From Betaproteobacteria bacterium (GTDB lineage Bacteria > Pseudomonadota > Gammaproteobacteria > Burkholderiales > SG8-39), in NCBI GenBank assembly GCA_019509895.1, contig JAEKLK010000166.1, forward strand, positions 1 to 45,531: DNA of 45,531 nucleotides. Reading direction: 5' to 3'. Positions 32,784 through 45,085 of the stretch are shown here, piece after piece; position 1 is the stretch's first letter, and each line of letters starts with the position of its first letter. A model generated the notes under the pieces. The model saw only the letters and a program-made list of their open reading frames with translations. It ran no database searches and had not been told where the DNA came from. The position numbers were made by a program, and so were the translations under genes.

Positions 32784-33163
32784 GCGGCCGGCTGGCGCGG
32801 ACTGCTGCTGCGCTGCTGGCATTTCACCTGTTATCGACCTGCGCCTCCGGGCTGGCGCAGCCCGAGGTGCCTGCGATCATCGACAAACCTACCCAAGAAA
32901 GCCGCGCCGAGCTTGCGCGCGCCGTTAGCGACGCGCTGAATGGTGCGCCGGTCACGCTCGCCGATGATGCATTGACCGCAGACAGCCGACTCATCATCGA
33001 GAAGGCGCATCCGCGCGATGCAAGCGGGGTACGGCTCAGCGGTCGCGATGGCGACCGGCCAGAGATATTTCGCCTGGTCAAAGCGGAAGAGCGATGCGTG
33101 CTGGTGCACGAGCGCACTGGCAAGCGCACGACGCTCGCTTCAACCCGTTGCTTGCCGAAGTAA
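32753..33163 (+). CDS. Secreted hypothetical protein
   Basis: 136 aa from ATG 32753. An alternative GTG 32780 overlaps the S41 stop as GTGA. Signal-like ..RLARTAAALLAFHLLSTCASGLAQP. The remainder is hydrophilic (..AIIDKPTQESRAELARAVSDALNGAPVTLADDALTADSRLIIEKAH..). No motif recognised. Confidence 0.45.
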   Translation: MARDPNASSVSGRLARTAAALLAFHLLSTCASGLAQPEVPAIIDKPTQESRAELARAVSDALNGAPVTLADDALTADSRLIIEKAHPRDASGVRLSGRDGDRPEIFRLVKAEERCVLVHERTGKRTTLASTRCLPK

Positions 33164-33183
33164 CTGGCTGCGCGAGCCGGCCT

Positions 33184-34471
33184 TCAGATCAGCCACTGGT
33201 TCCATAGCTGCCGCGCGGCGTCCACCAGTTCCGTCGCCGTCATGCCGACGGGCCCGACGCCGCTCGCGGCGAGCGCATCGGCGGCGGCACCGTGCAGATG
33301 CGTTCCCAGCACGAGCGCGCTCTCGCCGCTATAGCCCTGCGCAAGGAGCGCGCCCAGCATGCCGGCGAGCACGTCGCCCATGCCGGCGCTCGCCATGCCG
33401 GGATTGCCGGTGCGATTTACGAACCAGTGCCCGTCGCGCGCCACCAGGATACTGCCGCTGCCTTTCAGCACGACGTGCGCATGGAGATTCTCTGCCAGCA
33501 TGCGCGCCGCTTTCACGCGGTCGTTCTGCACCGCGGCGGTGTTGCTGGCGAGCAGCCGGGCGGCTTCGGCCGGGTGTGGCGTGAGAATCGTCTCGGCGCG
33601 GCGGCGGGCGCAGGCATGGCGCAGGTCGGCGTTCTCGGAGATGAGATTGAGCCCGTCGGCGTCGAGCACGCACGGCAGCTCGCTTGCGAGCGCGGCGCCG
33701 AGCAGCGTCTCGGCGCGCTCGCTGTCGCCGAGTCCCGGGCCGACCACCATCGCCTCCAGATCGAGCCCGAGCGCATCGTCCGCGTGCCGTAGCATGAGCT
33801 CCGGTGCGCCCGGGTCGATGTGCAGCGTGTGGTCGAGCATGCCGACATAGACGCGCCCGGCGCCGAGCTTGAGCGCCGCGCGAGCGGCGAGCAGCGCGGC
33901 GCCTGCCATGCCGTTCGCGCCGCCCAGAATGGCGACCGACCCGGCCATGCCCTTGTGGAAATTGCGCGGGCGCGGCTTGAGCGCCGCGCGTCAGCAGCCC
34001 GGGCTTGAGGCCGATGAACGTAATCGTGTGTGTCGCGCGCACCGCGCGGCCCATGACACGTCCGGTATCCGAATGCAGGCCGCTCGGGATGTCGAGCGCC
34101 AGCACCGGGCAGCGCTGCCGGTTTGCGTAATCGACGAGGCGCATGTAATCGCCGTCGATGTCGCGCGCGAGGCCGATGCCGAATAGGCCGTCGATCACCA
34201 AGGCCCAGTTCGCGTCGCGCAATTCTTCAGAGCGGCCGGCGACAGTGACGCGGTAGAACTGTTGCTGCAGCCGTGCGGCGGCGATCTTGGCGTCGCCGCC
34301 GTTGTTGCCGGGGCCCGCGAGCACCAGAATGTCCTTCTGCTTGTCGGAAGCAAGGCGCGCCGCGAGCTCGGCGGCCGCGGCGCCGGCGCGCTCCATCAGC
34401 GGCGGCAGTGCGTCGCCCGCTTCGTGTTCGATGCGCCGGATGTCCTCGGTTAGGTAGATCGGACTAGGCAC
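33184..34471 (-). pseudogene. nnr: Bifunctional NAD(P)H-hydrate repair enzyme (epimerase plus ADP-dependent dehydratase), frameshifted at the inter-domain junction
   Basis: The YjeF_N part is in one frame from GTG 34471 (..ILVLAGPGNNGGDA..LVIDGLFGIGL..ALDIPSGL..TFIGLKPGLLT). The C-terminal kinase-fold part is in another frame (..ALKPRPRNFHKGMAGSVAILGGANGMAGAALLAARAALKLGAG...HPAEAARLL...VLKGSGSIL...GNPGMASAGMGDVLAGM..) ending at 33184. The frames change near 33985-33995. Confidence 0.75.
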
Positions 34472-34511
34472 GCGAGCATTCTAAGTGTTGGGCCGGTGAA
34501 AGAATCCACGC

Positions 34512-35357
34512 GTGCTGCGCCTCGGGCACGACCGCATCCTCATGTACCACGGCACGCCGGCGACCGACGCGGCGGCGCTCGAGCGGCAGCTGCGTTTTAT
34601 CCGTCTCGCGTTCCCCGTCGTGCCGCTCGAGGATATCGCCAGCGGCCGAAACAAGAATGGGCGCGGGCGTGTCGCGCTCACCTTTGACGACGGCCTGCGA
34701 AACAACGTCGAGGTCGCTTATCCGATCCTTCGCGAGCTCGGCCTCACCGCCACCTTCTTCGTCTGCCCGGGATTGATCGGGCGTGGCGAGTGGCTCTGGA
34801 ACCACGAGGCGCGCGAGCGCTTGAAGACGCTTTCCCAGCCGGCGCTCGCCGAGCTCGCCGGCTTCGTCGGCGGGCCGGCCGAGGTGGAAGCGTTCGTCGA
34901 GTGGATGAAGACGCTCAAGATCTCCGCGCGCCGCCGCGTCGAGGAGGCGATCCGGGAGGCGACGCCGGCTTTCACGCCGTCGCGCGAGCAGCGGGAGCAG
35001 TTCGACCTCGCGAGCTGGGAAGCGCTCGAGCGCCTGGACCCGGGCGTCGTGACGGTCGGCTCGCACACCATGACGCACCCCATCCTCACCTCGCTCAGCG
35101 CCGAAGAAACGGAGGCGGAACTGCGCGAAAGCCGCGTGAGCCTCGAGCAGCAGCTCGAGCGGCCGGTCACGGTCTTCTGCTACCCGAACGGCGAGCTGAG
35201 CGACGCCGTTGTCGAGAACGCACGGCGCTATTACCGCTCGGCCGTTACGGTAGATCCCGGCACCATCAACGGCAATGCCGACGCGTATCGCCTGCCGCGC
35301 TACGCGGTGCATGCCCGGCGCACGCGGCGCCTCGTGCGCCGCATGGTCCTCGGCTGA
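34512..35357 (+). CDS. Polysaccharide deacetylase (NodB-homology) family protein
   Basis: 281 aa from GTG 34512. ILMYHG, VALTFDDGLRNN, FFVCPG, VGSHTMTHPIL, FCYPNG. These are the Asp-Asp and His-x-x-x-His metal/catalytic motifs. Confidence 0.8.
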   Translation: MLRLGHDRILMYHGTPATDAAALERQLRFIRLAFPVVPLEDIASGRNKNGRGRVALTFDDGLRNNVEVAYPILRELGLTATFFVCPGLIGRGEWLWNHEARERLKTLSQPALAELAGFVGGPAEVEAFVEWMKTLKISARRRVEEAIREATPAFTPSREQREQFDLASWEALERLDPGVVTVGSHTMTHPILTSLSAEETEAELRESRVSLEQQLERPVTVFCYPNGELSDAVVENARRYYRSAVTVDPGTINGNADAYRLPRYAVHARRTRRLVRRMVLG

Positions 35358-35382
35358 ATTTCGTACTTGGTACAGATTTCAG
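35354..35382. repeat. AT-rich imperfect palindrome (copy 2) exactly filling the gap between convergent stop codons
   Basis: CTGAATTTCGTAC-TTG-GTACAGATTTCAG. The outer CTGA/TCAG contain the deacetylase TGA (35355-35357) and the dctM stop (35379-35381, - strand). 11 of 13 stem positions can pair, including one G-U. Confidence 0.5.
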
Positions 35383-36692
35383 CGGCGGGTCGCGCCGATG
35401 AGCACGTCCGGTAGCCAGGTGCAGAGCGACGGGAAGACGGTGATGAGGACCACGCAAAGCACCATCATGAAGAAGAAGGGCAGCGACGCCCAGGCGACGT
35501 AGTTCGAGTCGCGGCCGGTCATGGTCTGCAGCACGAAGATGTTGAAGCCCAGCGGTGGCGTGAGCTCGGCAATCTCGACCAGCAGCACTATGAATATGCT
35601 GAACCAGACGAGGTCGAAGCCGGCTTTCTCCACCATTGGGATGACGACCGAGGTGGTGAGCACGATCATCGACACGCCGTCGAGCGCGGTGCCGAGCACG
35701 ATGTAGATGAACGCGAGGATGGCGATCAGCCCGTAAGGGTTGGGGTTGACCGAAGCGACCCATTCGGCGAGGACGCGCGGGATGCCGGTGAACGCCATGC
35801 AGGACGAGAGGAAGCTCGCGCCGGCGAGGATGAAAAGGATCATGCACGAGAGGCGCGTCGCGCCCATCGCGCTCGAGCTGAAGCTCTCCCAGCTGAGCCC
35901 GCCCGACCACCACGCGATCACCAGCGCGCCGAGCACCCCGTAGGCCGCCGCTTCCGTGGCGGTGGCCCAGCCGATCACCATCACCCAGACGATGAAGACG
36001 ATGAGCAGGATGCACGGCACGAGCAGCCGGCTGCGATAGAGCTTCTCGCGCAGGGTGTAGTGCACCGTCTCTTTCGGCGTCTTCTCTGGGTTGGCGAGCG
36101 CCCAGACGATGATGTAGCCGGAGAAAAGCGCGGTGAGCACGATGCCGGGAATGAAACCGGCCAGGAATACCTTGATGATGGAGACTTCCGCCGCCACGGC
36201 ATACACGACCATGATGATCGAGGGCGGCAAGAGAATCCCTAGCGTTCCGGCGGCGGCGAGCGAGCCGAGGCACGTCTTCTCGTCGTAGCCGCGCTTCTTC
36301 AGCTCCGGCAGCGCCACCTTGGCGATGGTGGCGCAGGTCGCGGCCGACGAGCCCGATACGGTGCCGAACACCGCGCAGCCGAGGATGTTGACATGCATTA
36401 GCCGTCCGGGAAGCCAGCCGAGCCATGGGGAGAGCCCTTCGAACATTTCCTCCGACAGACGCGTTCGATAGAGGATCTCGCCCATCCAGACGAAAAGCGG
36501 CAGGGCCGCGAGGGTCCACGAGGCGCTCGAGCCCCAGAACGACTGGAAGAGATTGACGTCGGGCGGTGTGCTAGTGAAGAAGTGCAGACCGAACCAGGCC
36601 ACGGCGGCGAGCGCGATCGCGATCCAGACGCCGGCCGCCAGCAATACGAGCAGGATTGCGAGCAGCACCGCCGCTGATTCGAGCGGCGTCAC
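35379..36692 (-). CDS. dctM: TRAP transporter large permease
   Basis: 437 aa, ~12 hydrophobic segments. ...LPLFVWMGEILYRTRLSEEMFEGL...FGTVSGSSAATCATIAKVALPELKKRGYD..., characteristic of DctM. Overlaps dctQ by 4 nt. Confidence 0.9.
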   Translation of the reverse strand: MTPLESAAVLLAILLVLLAAGVWIAIALAAVAWFGLHFFTSTPPDVNLFQSFWGSSASWTLAALPLFVWMGEILYRTRLSEEMFEGLSPWLGWLPGRLMHVNILGCAVFGTVSGSSAATCATIAKVALPELKKRGYDEKTCLGSLAAAGTLGILLPPSIIMVVYAVAAEVSIIKVFLAGFIPGIVLTALFSGYIIVWALANPEKTPKETVHYTLREKLYRSRLLVPCILLIVFIVWVMVIGWATATEAAAYGVLGALVIAWWSGGLSWESFSSSAMGATRLSCMILFILAGASFLSSCMAFTGIPRVLAEWVASVNPNPYGLIAILAFIYIVLGTALDGVSMIVLTTSVVIPMVEKAGFDLVWFSIFIVLLVEIAELTPPLGFNIFVLQTMTGRDSNYVAWASLPFFFMMVLCVVLITVFPSLCTWLPDVLIGATRR

Positions 36693-37087
36693 AGCGTCTC
36701 CGAAAAGTCGCCGGAGGCTGCGCGCGCTTCCTCCGCGCGCTGATAGGCCGGCTTCTGCTTGCGCAGGACCGTGACGAGCTCATCGAGCACGGCAACGAAG
36801 AGCCCGCTCACCGTCAGGGCGAAGAGCTCCGCATGCCAGCGCAGGCGCTCGGGCAGGCGGTCGAGGAACACGCCGACCCGCACCAGGTCGCCGTGCCGGA
36901 AGGTGTGGCCCAGGGCGAGGAAGGCGCACGCGGCGCAGAGCCACGCGACGATATCGTCCGCGCCGCGGATCGGGATGCCGGCTTCGCGCCCGGCGGCCTG
37001 CGCCAGCATGAGCACGCAGATCGCCACCATGGCAACGGCGGCGGCGACGCCGGCGGCGTCGTAGAGGCGGTCGAGGAACCGCCTCAC
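36689..37087 (-). CDS. dctQ: TRAP transporter small permease, unusually short (132 aa, only three clear hydrophobic segments)
   Basis: MRRFLDRLYDAAGVAAAVAMVAICVLMLAQ..., ...IVAWLCAACAFLALGHTFRHGDLVRVGVFLDRLP... matches the DctQ N-terminal half. The usual fourth TM and preceding P-x-W region are not visible. Confidence 0.7.
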   Translation of the reverse strand: MRRFLDRLYDAAGVAAAVAMVAICVLMLAQAAGREAGIPIRGADDIVAWLCAACAFLALGHTFRHGDLVRVGVFLDRLPERLRWHAELFALTVSGLFVAVLDELVTVLRKQKPAYQRAEEARAASGDFSETL

Positions 37088-37090
37088 TTC

Positions 37091-38065
37091 CTATTTCCCG
37101 CTACGGTAACCCTTGATGAGCTGCTCACCCTCCGGGCCCGCTTTCTTCAGCCACTCGGAGAGGATCTGGTCGCCGACCTTGGCGAAAGCGCTTTTCATGG
37201 CGTTGTCAGGATCGTGCAGCGTCATGCCATTCTTCGCCAACATGTCGTTCGCTTCCTTCTCCCGCTCCTTCGCCAATTCCCAGCCGCGCTTCTCGGCGGT
37301 GGCGGCTGCCTCGCGCAGCGCCTTCTGCTCGTCCTTGCCGAGGCGCATCAGGCCGCGTGTGTTCACCACGACCGCGTTCTTCGGATGGAAGGCGCTGGTG
37401 TTGTAGTAGTTCTTGACGAATTCCCAGGCCTTCGTGGAGGTGCCGGTCGCCGACGAGGTGATCATCGCCTGGATGGCGCCGGTTGCGAACATCTGCGGCA
37501 CGTCCGGCACTTGGACGACGGTCGGGCTCGCGCCGAGCAGTTCGGCGAGCCGCGCGGTCAGCGGGCTGTAGGTGCGAAACTTGGTCCCCTTGAGATCGGC
37601 GACGCTCTTCAGCGGTTCCTTCGTGTAGATGCCCTGGCCGGGCCAGGCAACCGAGTAGAGGAGCGTCAGGCCGCGGCTCGCCAGATGCTTTTCCAGCACC
37701 GGCTTCTGCGCCTGGTAGAAACGCCACGCCGGATCGAAGCCGGCGGCGACGAACGGGAGGTTATCCGCCTCGAAAATCGGATCCTCGTTGCCGAACTGCG
37801 AAAGGAGGAACTCGGCGATGTTGACCTGGCCGGTCGATACCGCGCGCAGGATGTCGGGATGCTTGATGAGGGAGCCGTTCGAGTGCACCTGGATGGCGAG
37901 CTTGCCGCCGCTTGCCTTCTGCACGTCCTCGACAAAAGTGCGCACGTTGCGCGTGTGGAACTCGCCGTCGGAGTAGGGCGTGGGCATGTCCCATTTGGTT
38001 TGCGCCTGCGCCGCAAGGGCAAGCGTAAAGGCGGCGGCGCCGATGAGCGTTCTTTTGCCGAGCAT
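37091..38065 (-). CDS. dctP: TRAP transporter substrate-binding protein (DctP family)
   Basis: 324 aa from ATG 38065 with AAGGAGG 6-7 nt upstream. Signal MLGKRTLIGAAAFTLALAAQA. ...KWDMPTPYSDGEFHTRNVRTFVEDVQKASGGKLAIQVHSNGSLIK... Confidence 0.85.
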   Translation of the reverse strand: MLGKRTLIGAAAFTLALAAQAQTKWDMPTPYSDGEFHTRNVRTFVEDVQKASGGKLAIQVHSNGSLIKHPDILRAVSTGQVNIAEFLLSQFGNEDPIFEADNLPFVAAGFDPAWRFYQAQKPVLEKHLASRGLTLLYSVAWPGQGIYTKEPLKSVADLKGTKFRTYSPLTARLAELLGASPTVVQVPDVPQMFATGAIQAMITSSATGTSTKAWEFVKNYYNTSAFHPKNAVVVNTRGLMRLGKDEQKALREAAATAEKRGWELAKEREKEANDMLAKNGMTLHDPDNAMKSAFAKVGDQILSEWLKKAGPEGEQLIKGYRSGK

Positions 38066-38090
38066 TCCATTCCTCCTTGGGGAATTCATC

Positions 38091-39185
38091 TTAGCGTAGT
38101 TCCTCGCGCACCTGCCGCGCGAGCGCCAGGCTCGCGGTGAGCCCGGGCGATTCGATGCCGTAGAGCTGCACGAGGCCGCGCACGCCGTGCCGCGCGGGTC
38201 CCTGGATTTCGAAATCCGAGGCGGGCTCGCCGGGGCCCGAGGTCTTCGGGCGGATGCCGGCATAGCCGGGCGCGAGCGCACCGTCGCGCAGGCCGGGCCA
38301 GTAGCGGCGGATCGCGGCATAGAACTTGTCGGCGCGGCGCGGATCCACGTCGTAGTCGATGCGCTCCACCCATTCGACATCGGGACCGAAGCGCGCCTGG
38401 CCGCCGAGATCGAGCGTGACATGCACACCGAGGCCGCCCGGCTCGGGCACCGGGTACACGAGGCGAGAGAAGGGCGAGCGGCGCGTCAGCGAGTAGTAGT
38501 TGCCCTTGGCATAGAGCTCGCGCGGCGCCAGCTGCGGCGGATAACCGTCGATCGATTTCGCGACGCTCGGCGCGCGCAGGCCGGCGCTATTCACGAGCAC
38601 GCTGCAGGCGATCGTATCGGCGCCGGCGACGCGCAGCTCGAAGCCATCGCCCCGCACCGCCGCATGTTGCAGCGGGCTGCGAAGCGCGAGCATGGCGCCC
38701 GCGGCTTCCGCGTCGCCGAGATAGGCGAGCATCAGGGCATGGCTGTCGATGATGCCGGTGGAGGGTGAGTGCAGCGCGCCGAGGCAGAAGAGCTCGGGCT
38801 CGAGGCGCGCGACCTCGGTCTTCGCGATCCAGTCGACATCGGCCACGCCGTTGGCATGCGCCTTGGCGCGGATGGCGTTCAATTCCTGGAGCTGCGGCTC
38901 GCTCGTGGCGACGATCAGCTTGCCGCAGCGCCGGTGCGGCACGCCGTGCGAGGCGCAATACTCGTAGAGCAGGTGCTTGCCCTCCACGCAGCTCGTCGCC
39001 TTGAGCGAGCCCTTGGCATAGTAGATGCCGGCGTGGATGACTTCGGAGTTGCGCGAGCTGGTGTGCGTGCCGATCGCGTCCTCGGCATCGAGGATGATGA
39101 CCTCGCGCCCTGCGAGCGCCAGCTCGCGCGCGATGGCGAGGCCGACCACGCCGGCGCCGACGACGACCGCGTCAACGCGGTCCAT
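38091..39185 (-). CDS. FAD-dependent oxidoreductase, L-2-hydroxyglutarate oxidase/dehydrogenase-like (LhgO/YgaF-type)
   Basis: 364 aa. Dinucleotide fold [29 protein letters not shown], ...[17 protein letters not shown]..., C-terminal ...[16 protein letters not shown]... Confidence 0.75.
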   Translation of the reverse strand: MDRVDAVVVGAGVVGLAIARELALAGREVIILDAEDAIGTHTSSRNSEVIHAGIYYAKGSLKATSCVEGKHLLYEYCASHGVPHRRCGKLIVATSEPQLQELNAIRAKAHANGVADVDWIAKTEVARLEPELFCLGALHSPSTGIIDSHALMLAYLGDAEAAGAMLALRSPLQHAAVRGDGFELRVAGADTIACSVLVNSAGLRAPSVAKSIDGYPPQLAPRELYAKGNYYSLTRRSPFSRLVYPVPEPGGLGVHVTLDLGGQARFGPDVEWVERIDYDVDPRRADKFYAAIRRYWPGLRDGALAPGYAGIRPKTSGPGEPASDFEIQGPARHGVRGLVQLYGIESPGLTASLALARQVREELR

Positions 39186-40356
39186 GGCGTACCCAGCGCT
39201 CGAACCCGAAGACGCCCGCTGCGGCGAGCGCGGCGGCGCTTGCCATCGGCCGCGGCGTGCCGTCGAACAGCGTGCCGAGAAGCATGCTGAGGAGCGCGCC
39301 GGCGGTGAAGCCGATGGCGCCGATCAGCGACGACGCGCTGCCTGCGGCGTGCGGAAAGGGCGAGAGGGCGAGCGCCGTCGCGTTCGGCAGCACGAGCGCG
39401 GCCCCGAAGAGGAGCAGCGCAAACGGCGCGACGATGGCCGCCCAGTGCGCGCTGCCCGCCCAGGCGAAGGCGGCCGCCGCAGCCCCTCCGGTGAGCATTA
39501 GCGAGCTTCCGGCGCGCACGAGTCCTCGCATGCCGAGCCGCATGACGAGACGGCTCGCGACCCACGCGCCGGCGATCTGGCCGAGCATGACGCCGGCGAA
39601 CATCGCGCCATAGGCATCGATCGAGACACCCATCCCCGCGAGGGTAAAGGACGAGCTCGCGACCCAGGCGAGGATGGCGAGCTGGCAGGCGAGCACCACC
39701 AGCAGCGGTGCGAGGAAGCGCGGCTCTGTGAGCATGCCGGCGAAGCCCGCCGCGATCGCCGACGGACGCATCGAGTTCCTCTGCGCCGGCGCGGTTTCGC
39801 GCAGGCCCGTTACGACCGCTGCAAGCAGACCGGCCGCGACCAGCGCATAGGTCCAGAAAATGGCGCGCCAGCCGGCCGCCGAGGTGAGCAGGGCGCCGGT
39901 CAACGGCGCGGCGATCGGCACGACGCTGAAGACGATCATCATGCGAGCGAAGAGACGCGCCGCCTTCTCCTGCGTGTGCAGGTCGCGCACGATCGAGCGT
40001 GCCACGACGACCCCGCCCGACATGCCCAGTCCCTGCACGAAGCGCGCCGCCGCCAGCGCGCCGATGCTCGGCATGAAAGGCGACGCCGCCGTCACGACCA
40101 GCATCAGCGCGAGCGCGGCGAGCAGGACCGGGCGCCGGCCATAGCGATCGGAGAGCGGTCCCCAGACGAGCTGGCCGAGCGCGAGGCCCAGGAAGTACGT
40201 GGTAATGGTGAGCTGTGCGGCGCTCACCGGCGCGGCGTAGGAGCCGGCAACGTCGGGCAGCGCCGGCACGTACATGTCGGTGCCGAGCGCCGAAAGCGCG
40301 ATCAGTATGCCGAGCAAAATGGTCAGCGCCGCCGAGGTCTCGCCGTTCTTATTCAA
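39172..40356 (-). CDS. MFS transporter, Bcr/CflA drug-resistance subfamily
   Basis: 394 aa from TTG 40356. ...[17 protein letters not shown]...[19 protein letters not shown]..., 12 hydrophobic segments. Overlaps the downstream gene by 14 nt. Confidence 0.85.
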   Translation of the reverse strand: MNKNGETSAALTILLGILIALSALGTDMYVPALPDVAGSYAAPVSAAQLTITTYFLGLALGQLVWGPLSDRYGRRPVLLAALALMLVVTAASPFMPSIGALAAARFVQGLGMSGGVVVARSIVRDLHTQEKAARLFARMMIVFSVVPIAAPLTGALLTSAAGWRAIFWTYALVAAGLLAAVVTGLRETAPAQRNSMRPSAIAAGFAGMLTEPRFLAPLLVVLACQLAILAWVASSSFTLAGMGVSIDAYGAMFAGVMLGQIAGAWVASRLVMRLGMRGLVRAGSSLMLTGGAAAAAFAWAGSAHWAAIVAPFALLLFGAALVLPNATALALSPFPHAAGSASSLIGAIGFTAGALLSMLLGTLFDGTPRPMASAAALAAAGVFGFERWVRHGPR

Positions 40357-40373
40357 GCTAGCATTGAATTCTA

Positions 40374-41500
40374 ATGAAGCCGCCGCATTTGCCGCGGGCG
40401 ACGCTCGCGAACTGGCGCGAGGCGCCTTACAACCGCTGGGCGTTTCACCACGTGCGCGAGCTCATCCCGAGCGCCGAGATCGCACACGATCCGGCGCGCG
40501 TGCGCACGCTGGAGCGCCGCCCACGCGAGCTTGAGGTCCGCATCGAGCCGGACGCTGGCGAACCGCTGTCCCTCGCGCAGTTCCTCGCCGAGACGCAGAC
40601 GGACGGCTTCGTCGTCCTGCATCGTGGCGCGCTGATTTACGACTACTACGACCCGGCGGTCCCGCCGACGGCGCCTCATATATTGATGTCCGTGTCCAAA
40701 TCGATGCTCGGACTGCTCTTCGGCAGCCTCGGCATCGACGCGGAGCGCCGCGTCACCGATCTCGTGCCGGAGGTGCGCGACACGGCTTACGCCGGCGCGA
40801 CTCTGCGACACCTGCTGGACATGCGCACGGGAGTCGCGTTCGATGAAAACTATCTCGCGACCAGCGGCACGATCGTCGAGTACCGCGCGGCCACGGGCTG
40901 GAACCCTCCGGCACCGGGCGCTGCGCCGTCCGACTTGCATTCCTTCTATCGCTGCCTGACCCAGCGCGACGGCCCGCACGGCGGCCGCTTCCATTACATC
41001 TCCCCCAACACCGACCTTCTCGGCTGGGCGGTGGAGCGCGCCGCGGGCGCGCCTTACGCCGAGCTGATGAGCAAGCACCTTTGGAAGCCGATCGGCGCGC
41101 AGCGCGACGCCTATGTCACCGTCGATCGCCATGGGGCGGCGCGCGCGGCGGGCGGCATCTGCGTGACGGCGTGCGACCTCGCCCGCGTCGGGCAGTGGAT
41201 GGTCGAAACGCGCTCGGCGTGGGTCGATGACATGGAGCGGGGCGGCGACCGCGCGGCGTGGGACGCGGGTAGCTTCGCCGCCTACTTTCCCGGCATGCCG
41301 ATGCGCTACCGCAGCAAGTGGTACATCCTCGAGGGCGCGGCGCCACTGGTATTCGCCCTCGGCATCCACGGCCAGAACCTGTTCGTCGACCGCAGGAACG
41401 AGATCGTCATCGCCAAGGTCTCGTCGCAGGCGATGCCGCTCGATGCGGCGCGCATCGCGCTGACCCTGCGAGCCGTATCGCAGATCAGGAAGTGCCTGGC

Positions 41501-41504
<4 letters not shown>
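40374..41504 (+). CDS. Serine hydrolase, beta-lactamase/PBP-like family
   Basis: 376 aa. S-x-x-K motif in ..[18 protein letters not shown]..; ...[17 protein letters not shown]... No signal peptide. Confidence 0.75.
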
Positions 41505-45067
<3,563 letters not shown>

Positions 45068-45085
45068 TATAATGGCGGCCAAGAA

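Noticed and set aside
33164-33183. Short hairpin CUGGCU-gcgcg-AGCCGG between the convergent hypothetical and nnr genes as a terminator
   Set aside because: It has only a 6-bp stem including a G-U pair, no U-tract, and is unrelated to the AT-rich palindrome family. Too weak to call.
33329-34471. 380-aa continuous ORF for the nnr N-terminal frame
   Set aside because: Only about the first 160 aa (to ..LKPGLLT) resemble YjeF_N. The rest is Arg/Ala-rich nonsense read through the dehydratase domain in the wrong frame. I treat it as a frameshifted gene rather than a long protein.
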